Assembly: GCA_938031185.1 (NCBI GenBank) | Contig: CALHGX010000009.1 | Location: 106,837 to 170,836, forward strand | Direction of reading: 5' to 3' | Length of the DNA stretch: 64,000 bases | From: an uncultured bacterium | GTDB lineage: Bacteria; Verrucomicrobiota; Kiritimatiellia; CAIKKV01; CALHGX01 | Shown: positions 27,792 to 36,542 of the stretch, one piece after another | Layout of the letters: each line of letters opens with the position of its first letter | How positions within the stretch are numbered: position 1 is the first letter of the stretch | Made by a program: the position numbers and the translations under genes | Notes under the pieces: model-generated | What the model was told of the DNA's origin: nothing | Databases searched by the model: none | Seen by the model: the letters and a program-made list of their open reading frames with translations, nothing else

Positions 27792-30700
27792 AGCGAGCGC
27801 ATCGTTCGCAGCGCTTGCGCGTGTTGTTCAGGTTCGCCGGTAATTGTCAACTGGCGAATGCCCATTCCAAGCAGCGGCGTCAAATCTCGCACCGGGGCCC
27901 CTCTCATGAGCAACACCCGCAGGGGCATCCCCTTCAAAGGCCGCACATCCGATACCTGGGTGTTCTCGATGTCCAAATGCCACAGGGGCATTCCTTCCAA
28001 CACTGATATATCCCGCACGGGTATGTGCGCCAGAGAAAGCTTCTCGATCGCCATCCCTTTCAATACCTTCACACTGTCGAAACTCACCTTCGTTCCCGAC
28101 AGGTCCAGCGTCTTGAGCGGCATGCCTGCCAGCACCGAAATATCCCGCACCGCCGTGCCGTTGAGGTCAAGATGCTCCAAGGGCATGCCCCGCAACGGCG
28201 ACAAATCAACCACGGGGGTGCGAGCCAAGTTCAACGACGTCATCGGTTTGCCGGCCAGCACAGACAGATCTTTGAACTGCGTGTCGCTCAAGTCAGCCCG
28301 CCGCAGAGGCATTCGGCGCAGCATCTGAAAATCATGCGTCTTGCATCCCGCCAGATACAACCCCTCCAATGGCATATCCCGAAGCACATTCAAATCGCGA
28401 AACGCCGTCTGCCGCGCGCTGAACTCGCGCAGTTTCATCCCCGCCAGAAAAGTGAAATCTGTGACTTTCAAGCCGTCCAGTTGAAGTTTGGCCAAGTCCT
28501 TCCCGCGCAACACACTCAAATCCCGCAACGCCGTCCGCCCCACATTGAGCTCACGCGCCGAAACAGGGGCCAGCAGGCTGGCATCTCGGACATCGCTGCC
28601 TTCCAGCGAAAGCATTTCGAGCTTGAGTCCCTGCAGCGCGTTCCAATCATCTGCCGTGCAACCGTTCAACGAGAAATGCGTCAGCGACGGAAACTGGCGG
28701 GCCGCCGCCAGATTGCGAATGGAGCAGTTCGAAAGGTGAAGGTGGCGAAGATCAAGTCCCGCCAAGTGGCTCAGGTCTATGCGGGCCGGATCACGGCCCG
28801 GCACGGAAATGTGCAGCCTTTTCAACGTGGCGGCCTTGGCCAGAGGGGTCAGCTTCCCAATGACGGCCGATTGAATGGTCAATGCATGCACACGACCGTC
28901 AGGCGTCGCCTCGCCCCATACGTCGCTTGGCGTCAGCCCCGGATTCTCGGCACAAAGCGCTTCTACCAGCCGCTCCGCGACCGTCGCCTCGCCGTCCGCT
29001 CCGTCGCCCTGCAGTTGAACGTGCGCGGAGTTTGGCGCAAGAGACGCAATCCGCCCCGCCGCCGCTTCCAAGGCCTGCAACACAAGTTCCGCTTCCTCGG
29101 CAAACCGGCTGTGGCTGTATGTCTTCCGATACCGCGCGACCGCCGCCTTGATTTCCCGGGCTGTGGCCGCGTCCATCTCCGCCAGGGATGCCGCTCGAAC
29201 CCATTCGCGCAAGTCGGCCGACATGGTCTCCACCCGGGCCATTCGCGCAAGCTCCTCCAAAGCGGTCCGGGCTTTTTCGTCTAAATCTTTACTGGATCTT
29301 CGTGCCATTTCTTCCTGCAGCGCCCCAGCCAGCATAGTGCCCGCCTGCTCGAACAGCTTCGCAGCCTGATCCGTACGCCCCATGCGGGCCAGTGTCAGTC
29401 CAGCCGCCAATGCCGCTTCGGGCGCAGGGGAATCCATAAGCCGCGCCAGTTTGTCTCCTGGCGACAAATCGGCGACATCAAGCCATATTTCGGCGCTGGC
29501 ATCCGGTATTTGCCCGCACAGTTTTCGTCCCTCCACCCGCCTGATGATCAAGTTCAGCGGCGGCCCCTGCACCCGCTGCACCCTAACCATGCGGTTCGTC
29601 AACGCAAGAAACACTTCCATGATCCTGTCATCGGGATGTGATGCGCCTTCGATCAGCTTCAGAACAGCCTTCAGGTCTTCCGCCGTTTCGCCGCTCGCAT
29701 CCTGCGCCGCACTCAAGGCATTGCGAGCTGCCGCCAGATCGCCATCCAGGGCCATGGCGGCAGCCTTACGCAACGCCGATTCCCATGCGCGGTTTTGACC
29801 CTCGCGCTGACTGCTTTCCTCGCTCCGTTCCCGAAGCGCCGCCGCCCGTGTTTTCCGATCAGCCGCGCTGTCGTCCGCGCCCGGGCCCTGATATGTTTCC
29901 AGCCGAGTGGCAGCCGCAGCCCACTCACCCCGTTCGGTTAGCCGTTCAACCTCGTCATTGAGCTCTGCCAGCGCGGCCTGCCGTTTCCGGTCCGCCGCCT
30001 CCTTGAGCCGATCCGCCGCTTCCAGCAACGCCGGCGGCGCCTGCTCCGCCCGCAGGCGTGTCATCAACGACTCCAGCGCCTCAACCGCCCGGTCATGTTC
30101 CTCCGCCGCTCCATCCAGCCGCCGCCGGATTTCATCGATCTGCGCGCGTATGGAAGCGTCGCTTGAAACAAGCGCTTCCGGTTCGGTCCCGGCTGGCTCG
30201 GGCGGGGGCTGTCCTTGCGTCGCCGCTGTCGGTAAGCCAGCCGCCCCTTTCATCTCTGAAGAAGCGATCGGCGCCGCCCCATCAGCATGTCTTCCCCAGC
30301 GTTCCCACACCTGCCATGCCGCGGCGATTGCCGCCAACAAGGCGACGACCGTCGCCATGATCCGCTTGGCGGTCCGTCCCGGCTGCAGACGGCGCATCAA
30401 GGCCGCCCGGCGGCGGCACCGCGCCATGGTGCTGGCCCCTTCCGGAAGGGGCGCCTCTAGTGGCAGATGTCCTGAGCGAACTTGCTGAACGTCCACGATC
30501 ACGGCATGCCAGTCCGCCGGCCGCGCCGTCCGATCTTTGGCCAGCATCCGCTCAAGCAGGCAGGCCATGCCTAAAGACACCCCCGGCGCCGCCTCCATCA
30601 CGTCGGGCACCTGCGCCTTCACCTGCCCCTCAAGCGCCTCCGCATCCGAACGATCCTGGAACATCCGCCGGCCGGTCAGCATGTGATACAAGGTCGCGCC

Positions 30701-31357
30701 CAAGGAATAGATGTCGCTGCGCTGGTCCAAGTCTTGTGCGCCTTCGCACTGCTCCGGCGACATGTAGCTCGGCGTGCCGCAGATTTCCTCGACGCCTTCC
30801 TCCATGCCCTTGGTCTCGCCGACCCGCGAAATGCCGAGGTCGGCCACCTTGATGGTGCCGTCTTGATCCACCATGATGTTGTCCGGCTTGATATCGCAGT
30901 GAATCAAGCGCGCCGTCCGCCAGGCGTACTCAAGGGCCTGCGCCACGGATTCCGCCACGGCCAATGCGTCCGCTTCTCCAATGCGCCCCTTGCGGCGGAT
31001 CCATTCCCCCACGCTGTACCCGGCCACGTATTCCATCACAAAAAAGCACGTGCCGTCTTGCTCGCACGCGTCATAGACCTGCACCAGGCATGGGTGCTTG
31101 AGTTTGGCGGCCACCCGAGCCTCTTCAAACAGACGCCGCACCTCGTCGGGCCGCCGCGCAAACTCCGGCAGGAGCTGCTTGAGCGCCACGATCCGATCGA
31201 GCGAAAGCTGGCGGGCCTTCCACACCACAGCCATGCCGCCCTGCCCGACGCGCTCGAGGATTTCGAATCCTCGCAGCGAAATGTGCGCCTCTCCCACCGT
31301 GGGTTCTCCCGGCAAATCAATACCAATCCACCGCGGCGCTCTCGCGCGGCGCCGCAT
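27752..31357 (-). CDS. Hanks-type Ser/Thr protein kinase with a TM segment, a long Ala/Glu/Arg-rich coiled-coil and a C-terminal leucine-rich-repeat domain
   Basis: N-terminal kinase subdomains (VALK, HCDIKPDNIMV, DLGIS, GTPSYMSPE), then hydrophobic IMATVVALLAAIAAAW, then about 15 tandem ~22-aa LRRs with a recurring LxGMPLxxLDLxxTxVxD motif. 1201 aa. Confidence 0.9.
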   Translation of the reverse strand: MRRRARAPRWIGIDLPGEPTVGEAHISLRGFEILERVGQGGMAVVWKARQLSLDRIVALKQLLPEFARRPDEVRRLFEEARVAAKLKHPCLVQVYDACEQDGTCFFVMEYVAGYSVGEWIRRKGRIGEADALAVAESVAQALEYAWRTARLIHCDIKPDNIMVDQDGTIKVADLGISRVGETKGMEEGVEEICGTPSYMSPEQCEGAQDLDQRSDIYSLGATLYHMLTGRRMFQDRSDAEALEGQVKAQVPDVMEAAPGVSLGMACLLERMLAKDRTARPADWHAVIVDVQQVRSGHLPLEAPLPEGASTMARCRRRAALMRRLQPGRTAKRIMATVVALLAAIAAAWQVWERWGRHADGAAPIASSEMKGAAGLPTAATQGQPPPEPAGTEPEALVSSDASIRAQIDEIRRRLDGAAEEHDRAVEALESLMTRLRAEQAPPALLEAADRLKEAADRKRQAALAELNDEVERLTERGEWAAAATRLETYQGPGADDSAADRKTRAAALRERSEESSQREGQNRAWESALRKAAAMALDGDLAAARNALSAAQDASGETAEDLKAVLKLIEGASHPDDRIMEVFLALTNRMVRVQRVQGPPLNLIIRRVEGRKLCGQIPDASAEIWLDVADLSPGDKLARLMDSPAPEAALAAGLTLARMGRTDQAAKLFEQAGTMLAGALQEEMARRSSKDLDEKARTALEELARMARVETMSADLREWVRAASLAEMDAATAREIKAAVARYRKTYSHSRFAEEAELVLQALEAAAGRIASLAPNSAHVQLQGDGADGEATVAERLVEALCAENPGLTPSDVWGEATPDGRVHALTIQSAVIGKLTPLAKAATLKRLHISVPGRDPARIDLSHLAGLDLRHLHLSNCSIRNLAAARQFPSLTHFSLNGCTADDWNALQGLKLEMLSLEGSDVRDASLLAPVSARELNVGRTALRDLSVLRGKDLAKLQLDGLKVTDFTFLAGMKLREFSARQTAFRDLNVLRDMPLEGLYLAGCKTHDFQMLRRMPLRRADLSDTQFKDLSVLAGKPMTSLNLARTPVVDLSPLRGMPLEHLDLNGTAVRDISVLAGMPLKTLDLSGTKVSFDSVKVLKGMAIEKLSLAHIPVRDISVLEGMPLWHLDIENTQVSDVRPLKGMPLRVLLMRGAPVRDLTPLLGMGIRQLTITGEPEQHAQALRTMRSLQSCNGMTWWPGR

Positions 31358-31382
31358 TCCGCAGCAGAAACTTTCCGCTCGT

Positions 31383-31559
31383 TCAGCGCAGCAAGACGCC
31401 GATCGTAATCCCGAGCGCGATGAAAGCCAAGTAAACCAGCGATCCCATGGCGCGGAACTTGAACAGGATCAGATTCACTTCAACCGGCGCCCGGCTAAAA
31501 ATCAGCACCAGCACCGACAAGGCCATGATCAAGAGGGCATACAACACACGCTTTTGCAT
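31383..31559 (-). CDS. Small (58 aa) two-TM membrane protein, possibly LapA/DUF1049-like; absent from the ORF table (<60 aa)
   Basis: Reverse translation MQKRVLYALLIMALSVLVLIFSRAPVEVNLILFKFRAMGSLVYLAFIALGITIGVLLR. It fills the gap between coaC and the kinase gene. Confidence 0.4.
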   Translation of the reverse strand: MQKRVLYALLIMALSVLVLIFSRAPVEVNLILFKFRAMGSLVYLAFIALGITIGVLLR

Positions 31560-31577
31560 ACCGGCTCCTATTCCTCA

Positions 31578-32159
31578 TTACCGGCGACAGCCGCGCCCCA
31601 GCGCAGCACTGACCGCCCGCAAAATGTCCTCTACGTCCGCCAGGCGCCCCTTGGCTTGATAGCCGCACGCCAAATCACCCGAGCCCACATCAACAATCCT
31701 CGCGCCACGGCGACGCAGCACGGCCACATTGTCCCGCGTAGCGGCATGGGCCCACATCCGATCGTTCATGGCAGGGGCGATCACCAGCGGCGCCGTTGTC
31801 GCCAGGGCCGTCGTACTCAGCAGATCATCCGCAAACCCATGAGCCAATTTCGCGATCATGTTGGCGGTGCAGGGGGCCACCACCAACACATCGGCCATTT
31901 CAGCCCAGGAAACATGGTCCGGCCGCCAGACCGCCCCTTCGGTAAACAAATCGCGCCCCACCGGATGCCGCGACAGCGTCAGAAACGTCTGCTCGCCAAC
32001 GAAACGCGTCGCGCAGTCGGTCATGATCACATAGACCTCCCATCCGCGCTCGATCATCCGCCGGGTCAGTTCCGCAGCCTTGTACGCGGCAATGGACCCG
32101 GTTACGCCCAGCACCACTCGCGGCGGGTGCGACTTCCGCAATGCCCCGCTCTTTTTCAT
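31578..32159 (-). CDS. coaC: Phosphopantothenoylcysteine decarboxylase-type flavoprotein (HFCD family), stand-alone CoaC half
   Basis: VVLGVTGSIAAYKAAELTRRM...APAMNDRMW...PCTANMIAKLAHGFADDLL. Only 193 aa, with no CoaB ligase domain. Confidence 0.75.
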   Translation of the reverse strand: MKKSGALRKSHPPRVVLGVTGSIAAYKAAELTRRMIERGWEVYVIMTDCATRFVGEQTFLTLSRHPVGRDLFTEGAVWRPDHVSWAEMADVLVVAPCTANMIAKLAHGFADDLLSTTALATTAPLVIAPAMNDRMWAHAATRDNVAVLRRRGARIVDVGSGDLACGYQAKGRLADVEDILRAVSAALGRGCRR

Positions 32160-32848
32160 GGTCGGCCTCGTTTCCCAACCGATTGGTTTTCAACGCGGCA
32201 ATGGGCCGCCTCAACAATCGCCTTCAACTGCATAAAGGCCGTCTCCAGGCGATCATTAATCACAAGGAAAGAATACTCTTTCCACCGCCGCAACTCCCGC
32301 CGGGCGTTGCGCAGCCGGCGCGCAATCACCGCCGGACTGTCAGCCTTCCGTGCCGTCAGGCGACTTTTCAAGACGCGTAGCGACGGAGGCGCCACAAAGA
32401 TATCCACGAACCCCCGACGGAGCAAATCATTTCGCGGTGCGTGCCGTGCGGCACGTCGAATTTGAGCGGCCCCCTGCACGTCTATGTCCATTAAGACATC
32501 GCGACCCGCCCGCAGCGCCCGCCATACGGGGGCGCGCAATGTCCCATAGTGATGCCCATGCACGACGGCGTGCTCCAGGAACTCGCCCCGCCGCAACCGT
32601 CGCGCGAATTCCTCCGGTGCGAGAAAATGGTAGTCTCGGCCGTTGCGCTCGCCCGGCCGGGGCGGTCGCGTGGTGCAGGATACGGAATATGTCATCGCCG
32701 GGCACGCCTTCAAGAGGCGCTCGCACAACGTGGTCTTCCCCCCGCCAGAAGGGGCCGAGACCACCACCAGCAAGGCGCGCCGCACCGGCGGCGGTGCCAC
32801 ATTGTCGCGCCGCCGCCGTGCTCGCTCCACATTGGGTTTATTCGACAT
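32156..32848 (-). CDS. gmk: Guanylate kinase (with an N-terminal extension of ~30 aa, or a later start)
   Basis: LLVVVSAPSGGGKTT P-loop, YSVSCTTRPPRPGERNGRDYHF, and HAVVHGHHYGT. Confidence 0.9.
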   Translation of the reverse strand: MSNKPNVERARRRRDNVAPPPVRRALLVVVSAPSGGGKTTLCERLLKACPAMTYSVSCTTRPPRPGERNGRDYHFLAPEEFARRLRRGEFLEHAVVHGHHYGTLRAPVWRALRAGRDVLMDIDVQGAAQIRRAARHAPRNDLLRRGFVDIFVAPPSLRVLKSRLTARKADSPAVIARRLRNARRELRRWKEYSFLVINDRLETAFMQLKAIVEAAHCRVENQSVGKRGRP

Positions 32849-33740
32849 TTTGCGCCTGCTCCCTTACACGCTCCACTTCTGCCTTGAATTCGATCACAAG
32901 CCGGGTCATCGGCAGGTAATTGGCTTTGGCGCCCACCGTATTGATTTCCCGCATTAGTTCCTGCGAGAGGAAATCGAGCGTTCGACCCACCGGCGCTGTC
33001 TGTTCCAGAAGCGCTAACGCCTGCTGGAGATGGCTGTCCAGCCGGGTCAGCTCTTCCGAGATATCCGACCGTTCCGCCAGCAAGAGCAATTCCTTCGCGC
33101 CGTTCCTGAAAACCGCAGCGGCCGACTCGCCCAGCGCAAGCACCCTCTTTTTCAGTTGCCGGCGGGCCTCGGCTGCCGCTCGAGGCGACAGCGCCCGCAA
33201 CCGGCGCACCATCCCAGCCATTGCGGCCAGGCGGGCGCGCAGATCAGCCGCCAGCATCCGCCCCTCTTTCCGCCGCATCCGATCAAGACGCCGCAGGGCC
33301 TGATCGAGCGCGTCCTCTAGGCAAGGCCGAAACAATCGCGCATCCCATTCGAATTCCCTGGTCTGCGCCACGCCGGGCAATTGCAGCAACAGGGAAGCGC
33401 TCAAATCGTCCTTCAGGCCCAACTGGCGCGCCACCAATCGCAGCCGCCGAACCTGAGCCGCCGCCAAAACCCGATCGAGGCGCAAGTCGCCCGCCGCCGT
33501 GTTCCCCTGTTGTCCGGACGTCACCGTGCAACTTACGCACCCACGCGAAAAGTCCTGTTGTACCCTTTCGACTACCAACGACTCCATCAGGGCCAAGCCT
33601 CGCGGCAACGACACTCGAACATCCAATTGCTTGCGGTTCACGGAGCTGATTTCCACGTCCGCCCAATACGATCCCCGCCGCGCGGCCCCGTGGCCATATC
33701 CCGTCATGCTCTTCACACTCATGGCGCCTCCACTTCGCAA
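32838..33740 (-). CDS. YicC/YloC family stress-induced protein
   Basis: MTGYG... start region and a C-terminal REINTVGAKAN motif. Lies in conserved synteny with gmk. Confidence 0.8.
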   Translation of the reverse strand: MRSGGAMSVKSMTGYGHGAARRGSYWADVEISSVNRKQLDVRVSLPRGLALMESLVVERVQQDFSRGCVSCTVTSGQQGNTAAGDLRLDRVLAAAQVRRLRLVARQLGLKDDLSASLLLQLPGVAQTREFEWDARLFRPCLEDALDQALRRLDRMRRKEGRMLAADLRARLAAMAGMVRRLRALSPRAAAEARRQLKKRVLALGESAAAVFRNGAKELLLLAERSDISEELTRLDSHLQQALALLEQTAPVGRTLDFLSQELMREINTVGAKANYLPMTRLVIEFKAEVERVREQAQNVE

Positions 33741-33746
33741 ATCCGT

Positions 33747-34881
33747 CTAAGACGCTTTCGCCTTCGCGGCGGCCGCCTTCGCGTGCTTCAGGTACGCCAG
33801 AACGAAACGGTCGAGTTTGCCATCGAGTACCGCTTGCACATTGGAGGTTTCCTCGTCGGTTCGATGATCCTTGACCATTGTATAGGGTTGAAGCACATAG
33901 GAGCGAATCTGATTGCCCCAAGCAATCTCGCCTTTTTCGCCGTAAAAACGTTCCATGTCTTTCCGTTGGCGGTCGAGTTCCATTTCATACAGTCGGGCCA
34001 TCAGCAGCTTCATGGCCTTGGCGCGGTTGTTGTGCTGCGAGCGCTCGGCTTGACACGAAACCACTATGCCCGTCGGCAAATGCGTAATGCGCACCGCGGA
34101 ATCGGTCTTGTTGACGTGCTGCCCGCCCGCGCCGCTCGACCGATAGGTATCCACCCGCAAGTCGGCTTCATTAATCTCGACGCGAATATCCTCGGTGAGT
34201 TCGGCCACCACATCCAGTGACGCGAACGATGTGTGCCGTCGCTTGTTGGCGTCGAACGGGCTGATGCGCACAAGCCGGTGCACCCCCCGCTCGGACTTGA
34301 AGAGGCCAAAGGCCATCGGCCCTCGAACCGCCAGAGTGGCGCTCTTGATGCCGGCTTCATCGCCCGGCTGCACATCAAGCATCTCCACATTGAAATGACG
34401 GTCTTCGGCGTAGCGCCGAAACATCCGAAGCAGCATCGCCGCCCAATCGCAGGATTCCGTACCGCCGGCGCCGGCATGCAGGGTCAGATAGGCGTCATTC
34501 GGGTCGAGCCGCCCATCAAGCAGGGTTTGCATCTCCAGGGCTTCCCGCGCTTCCTCGGCGCGCTGAAGTTCCCGACTCGCGTCTTCCAGGGCCTGCGTCC
34601 GATGCCGGCCTTCCGGCTCCGCTTCCGCCAGCTCGATCAGCACGCCGGCCTCTTCCACGGCGCGTTCGATATCGCCGAAGGGCGCTAGCAGCCCCTTGAT
34701 CTGATTGGCCTGCTCCAGAATGGCCTTCGCCTTGTTCTGGTCGTTCCAGAAGCCCGGCAACGCGATCTGCTGTTCAAGATCATCCAAGACCTGCCGCCGC
34801 GAGGCGACGTCAAAGATAACCTCTCATTTCTTGAACCCGTTGGCGTGCCGTCTCCAAACGGGCTTTTACTTCCTCAATCAT
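33747..34881 (-). CDS. prfB: Peptide chain release factor 2, expressed by programmed +1 ribosomal frameshift
   Basis: Frame 0 from the ATG at 34881 encodes [23 protein letters not shown] and then TGA (34812-34810). The +1 frame continues DVASRRQVLDDLEQQIALPGFWNDQ... into the body of RF2 (SPFDANKRRHTSFASLDV, GAGGQHVNKTDSAVRITHLP). Confidence 0.9.
34809..34827 (-). other. prfB +1 frameshift site: SD-like AGAGGU, 3-nt spacer, CUU UGA C
   Basis: Minus-strand sequence ATG AGA GGT TAT CTT TGA C is the canonical autoregulatory RF2 recoding cassette. Confidence 0.85.
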
Positions 34882-36542
34882 GTGGAAATGTCCTCCATTG
34901 CCATTCTCCGAACCGTTGACGGAGTCTTTCGTCTGGCCTGCGCCAACGCAAGCAAAAACCCCAGCACCGCCGCCCCCGCGCAGGGACGGCCCAGCATCCA
35001 GTCCCCCCGCCGCGTGTACGGCGAGAGCCTTTGCCCGTCGGGCGGCGTCGGAATCCACCACACAGCCGCCATCGGCAAAGGAGGACGCCCTGCGCCGTTC
35101 ACCGTGGCCTCATGGATCCGACCGGCCGGGTCTATCCAGCAACTGATGCCCGTATTAGCGCAGCGCACCAAGGGAACGCGGTTTTCCACCGCCCGGAAGA
35201 CCGAATGGCTGAGGTGCTGGACCGGCGCCGCTGTTTCGTCAAACCACGCGTCATTCGTTTGATTCACCAATAGGCGAGCGCCCTCCTTCACAAACCGCCT
35301 TGCCAGCGAGGCCACGGTGTCCTCAAAACAGATCAGCACCGAAAACGACGTGCGGCTGACACGAAAAACGGTCGGCCGTTTCCCCGGCGTGCAACTCCAG
35401 CCGAGAGGGGCCAGCCGGCGAAGCCACTTGATTCTGTTGTCCAGCGGGATGTACTCGCCAAAAGGCACCAAATGCTGTTTGTCGTAACGGCCCAACGGCC
35501 CTTCGGGTCCGACCAAAAAAGAGGCATTGAAAGACTCCCATTCCTGCGGGTTGATCGAAACCATGTCCATGGTTCCGATCAGCAACGGCACCCCGTTGGC
35601 CGCCAATCGCGAAACCAGTTGCGCTGAAGGGCCCGGCGCGCGAAGACAATCCGGCGTGGCCGTCTCCGGCCACACAATGAGCTCGGGCCGGGGCCGGGCC
35701 TCCAATAGTTGCCGCGACAGCTCTTCCAAACGGGTCAAAATGAAATCCGCCTGCGACTCCGTCCACTTCTGCTCCTGCGGTATCGCGGGTTGAACGACAC
35801 CCACACCCAGCACGGCTCCAGGCTCCGGCAACGATCGCAAACGCATGATGCCGGCCTGAAGGGCGATCGCCACGGCCATCATGGCTACAAAAAGCTCGAC
35901 ATGCGGGCGATAGGGACGCCCCGGCCGCCACGGCCAGTACCGTCGGAGCGTTAGCGCCAACGCTGCATTGCCCAGCGCCACCAGAACTGACACGCCGTAG
36001 ACCCCCCATGAGTCAGCCGTCTGAATCAGCGCCGGATTGCGGAACTGGGAGACGCCAAGGGCGTTCCATGCAAAGCCCTGAAAAAGATTGGAGCGAATGT
36101 ATTCGAACCCCACCCATGCCACGGGCCATCCGCAGAGCAGGACCAGCCGCCCCGTCAAGCCTTCTTCAGTCGCCACACGGCGCAACCAGCTTGCCGTGAC
36201 GGAAAAAAGCCCCGTGTACATGGCGCAATAGGCCGACAGCGCGAACCAGCCGATCGCGACCACGACTGTTGGCGCCGGAGACGTGACCGTCAAGCGAAGC
36301 AACCACCGCAGGGTGAGCAGCCAGAAAGACAGCCCCGCCAGCAGGCCGAGCCTCCATGCGCGCCGCGGCGGCGCGGTCCCAACCGCGAGCAGCAAGGGCA
36401 CCAGCGCCACCCAAGCCAGCCCCGCCTGTTCGGCGGGGGGAAAGGCCGCCGCCATTAGTACGCCTGACAAGACGGCGCCGGCCGCGGCCCATGTCCCCGT
36501 GGAACGCCCCCCTCGGATCCAAACGCCTATTGGCCCGGCCAT
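34878..36542 (-). CDS. lnt: Apolipoprotein N-acyltransferase
   Basis: N-terminal polytopic TM region plus C-terminal CN-hydrolase domain ([18 protein letters not shown]). The ATG at 36542 overlaps the secA stop (TGATG). The ORF-table start 36590 lies inside secA. Confidence 0.85.
   Translation of the reverse strand: MAGPIGVWIRGGRSTGTWAAAGAVLSGVLMAAAFPPAEQAGLAWVALVPLLLAVGTAPPRRAWRLGLLAGLSFWLLTLRWLLRLTVTSPAPTVVVAIGWFALSAYCAMYTGLFSVTASWLRRVATEEGLTGRLVLLCGWPVAWVGFEYIRSNLFQGFAWNALGVSQFRNPALIQTADSWGVYGVSVLVALGNAALALTLRRYWPWRPGRPYRPHVELFVAMMAVAIALQAGIMRLRSLPEPGAVLGVGVVQPAIPQEQKWTESQADFILTRLEELSRQLLEARPRPELIVWPETATPDCLRAPGPSAQLVSRLAANGVPLLIGTMDMVSINPQEWESFNASFLVGPEGPLGRYDKQHLVPFGEYIPLDNRIKWLRRLAPLGWSCTPGKRPTVFRVSRTSFSVLICFEDTVASLARRFVKEGARLLVNQTNDAWFDETAAPVQHLSHSVFRAVENRVPLVRCANTGISCWIDPAGRIHEATVNGAGRPPLPMAAVWWIPTPPDGQRLSPYTRRGDWMLGRPCAGAAVLGFLLALAQARRKTPSTVRRMAMEDIST

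Noticed and set aside
27760-28800. Nucleotide-level tandem periodicity that could be mistaken for a repeat array or CRISPR
   Set aside because: The ~66-nt periodicity lies entirely inside the kinase ORF and encodes imperfect leucine-rich repeats. There are no identical direct repeats with unique spacers and no cas genes.
28025-29284. 419-aa plus-strand ORF
   Set aside because: It is antisense to the LRR region of the kinase gene. The repeat-driven open frame is an artefact.
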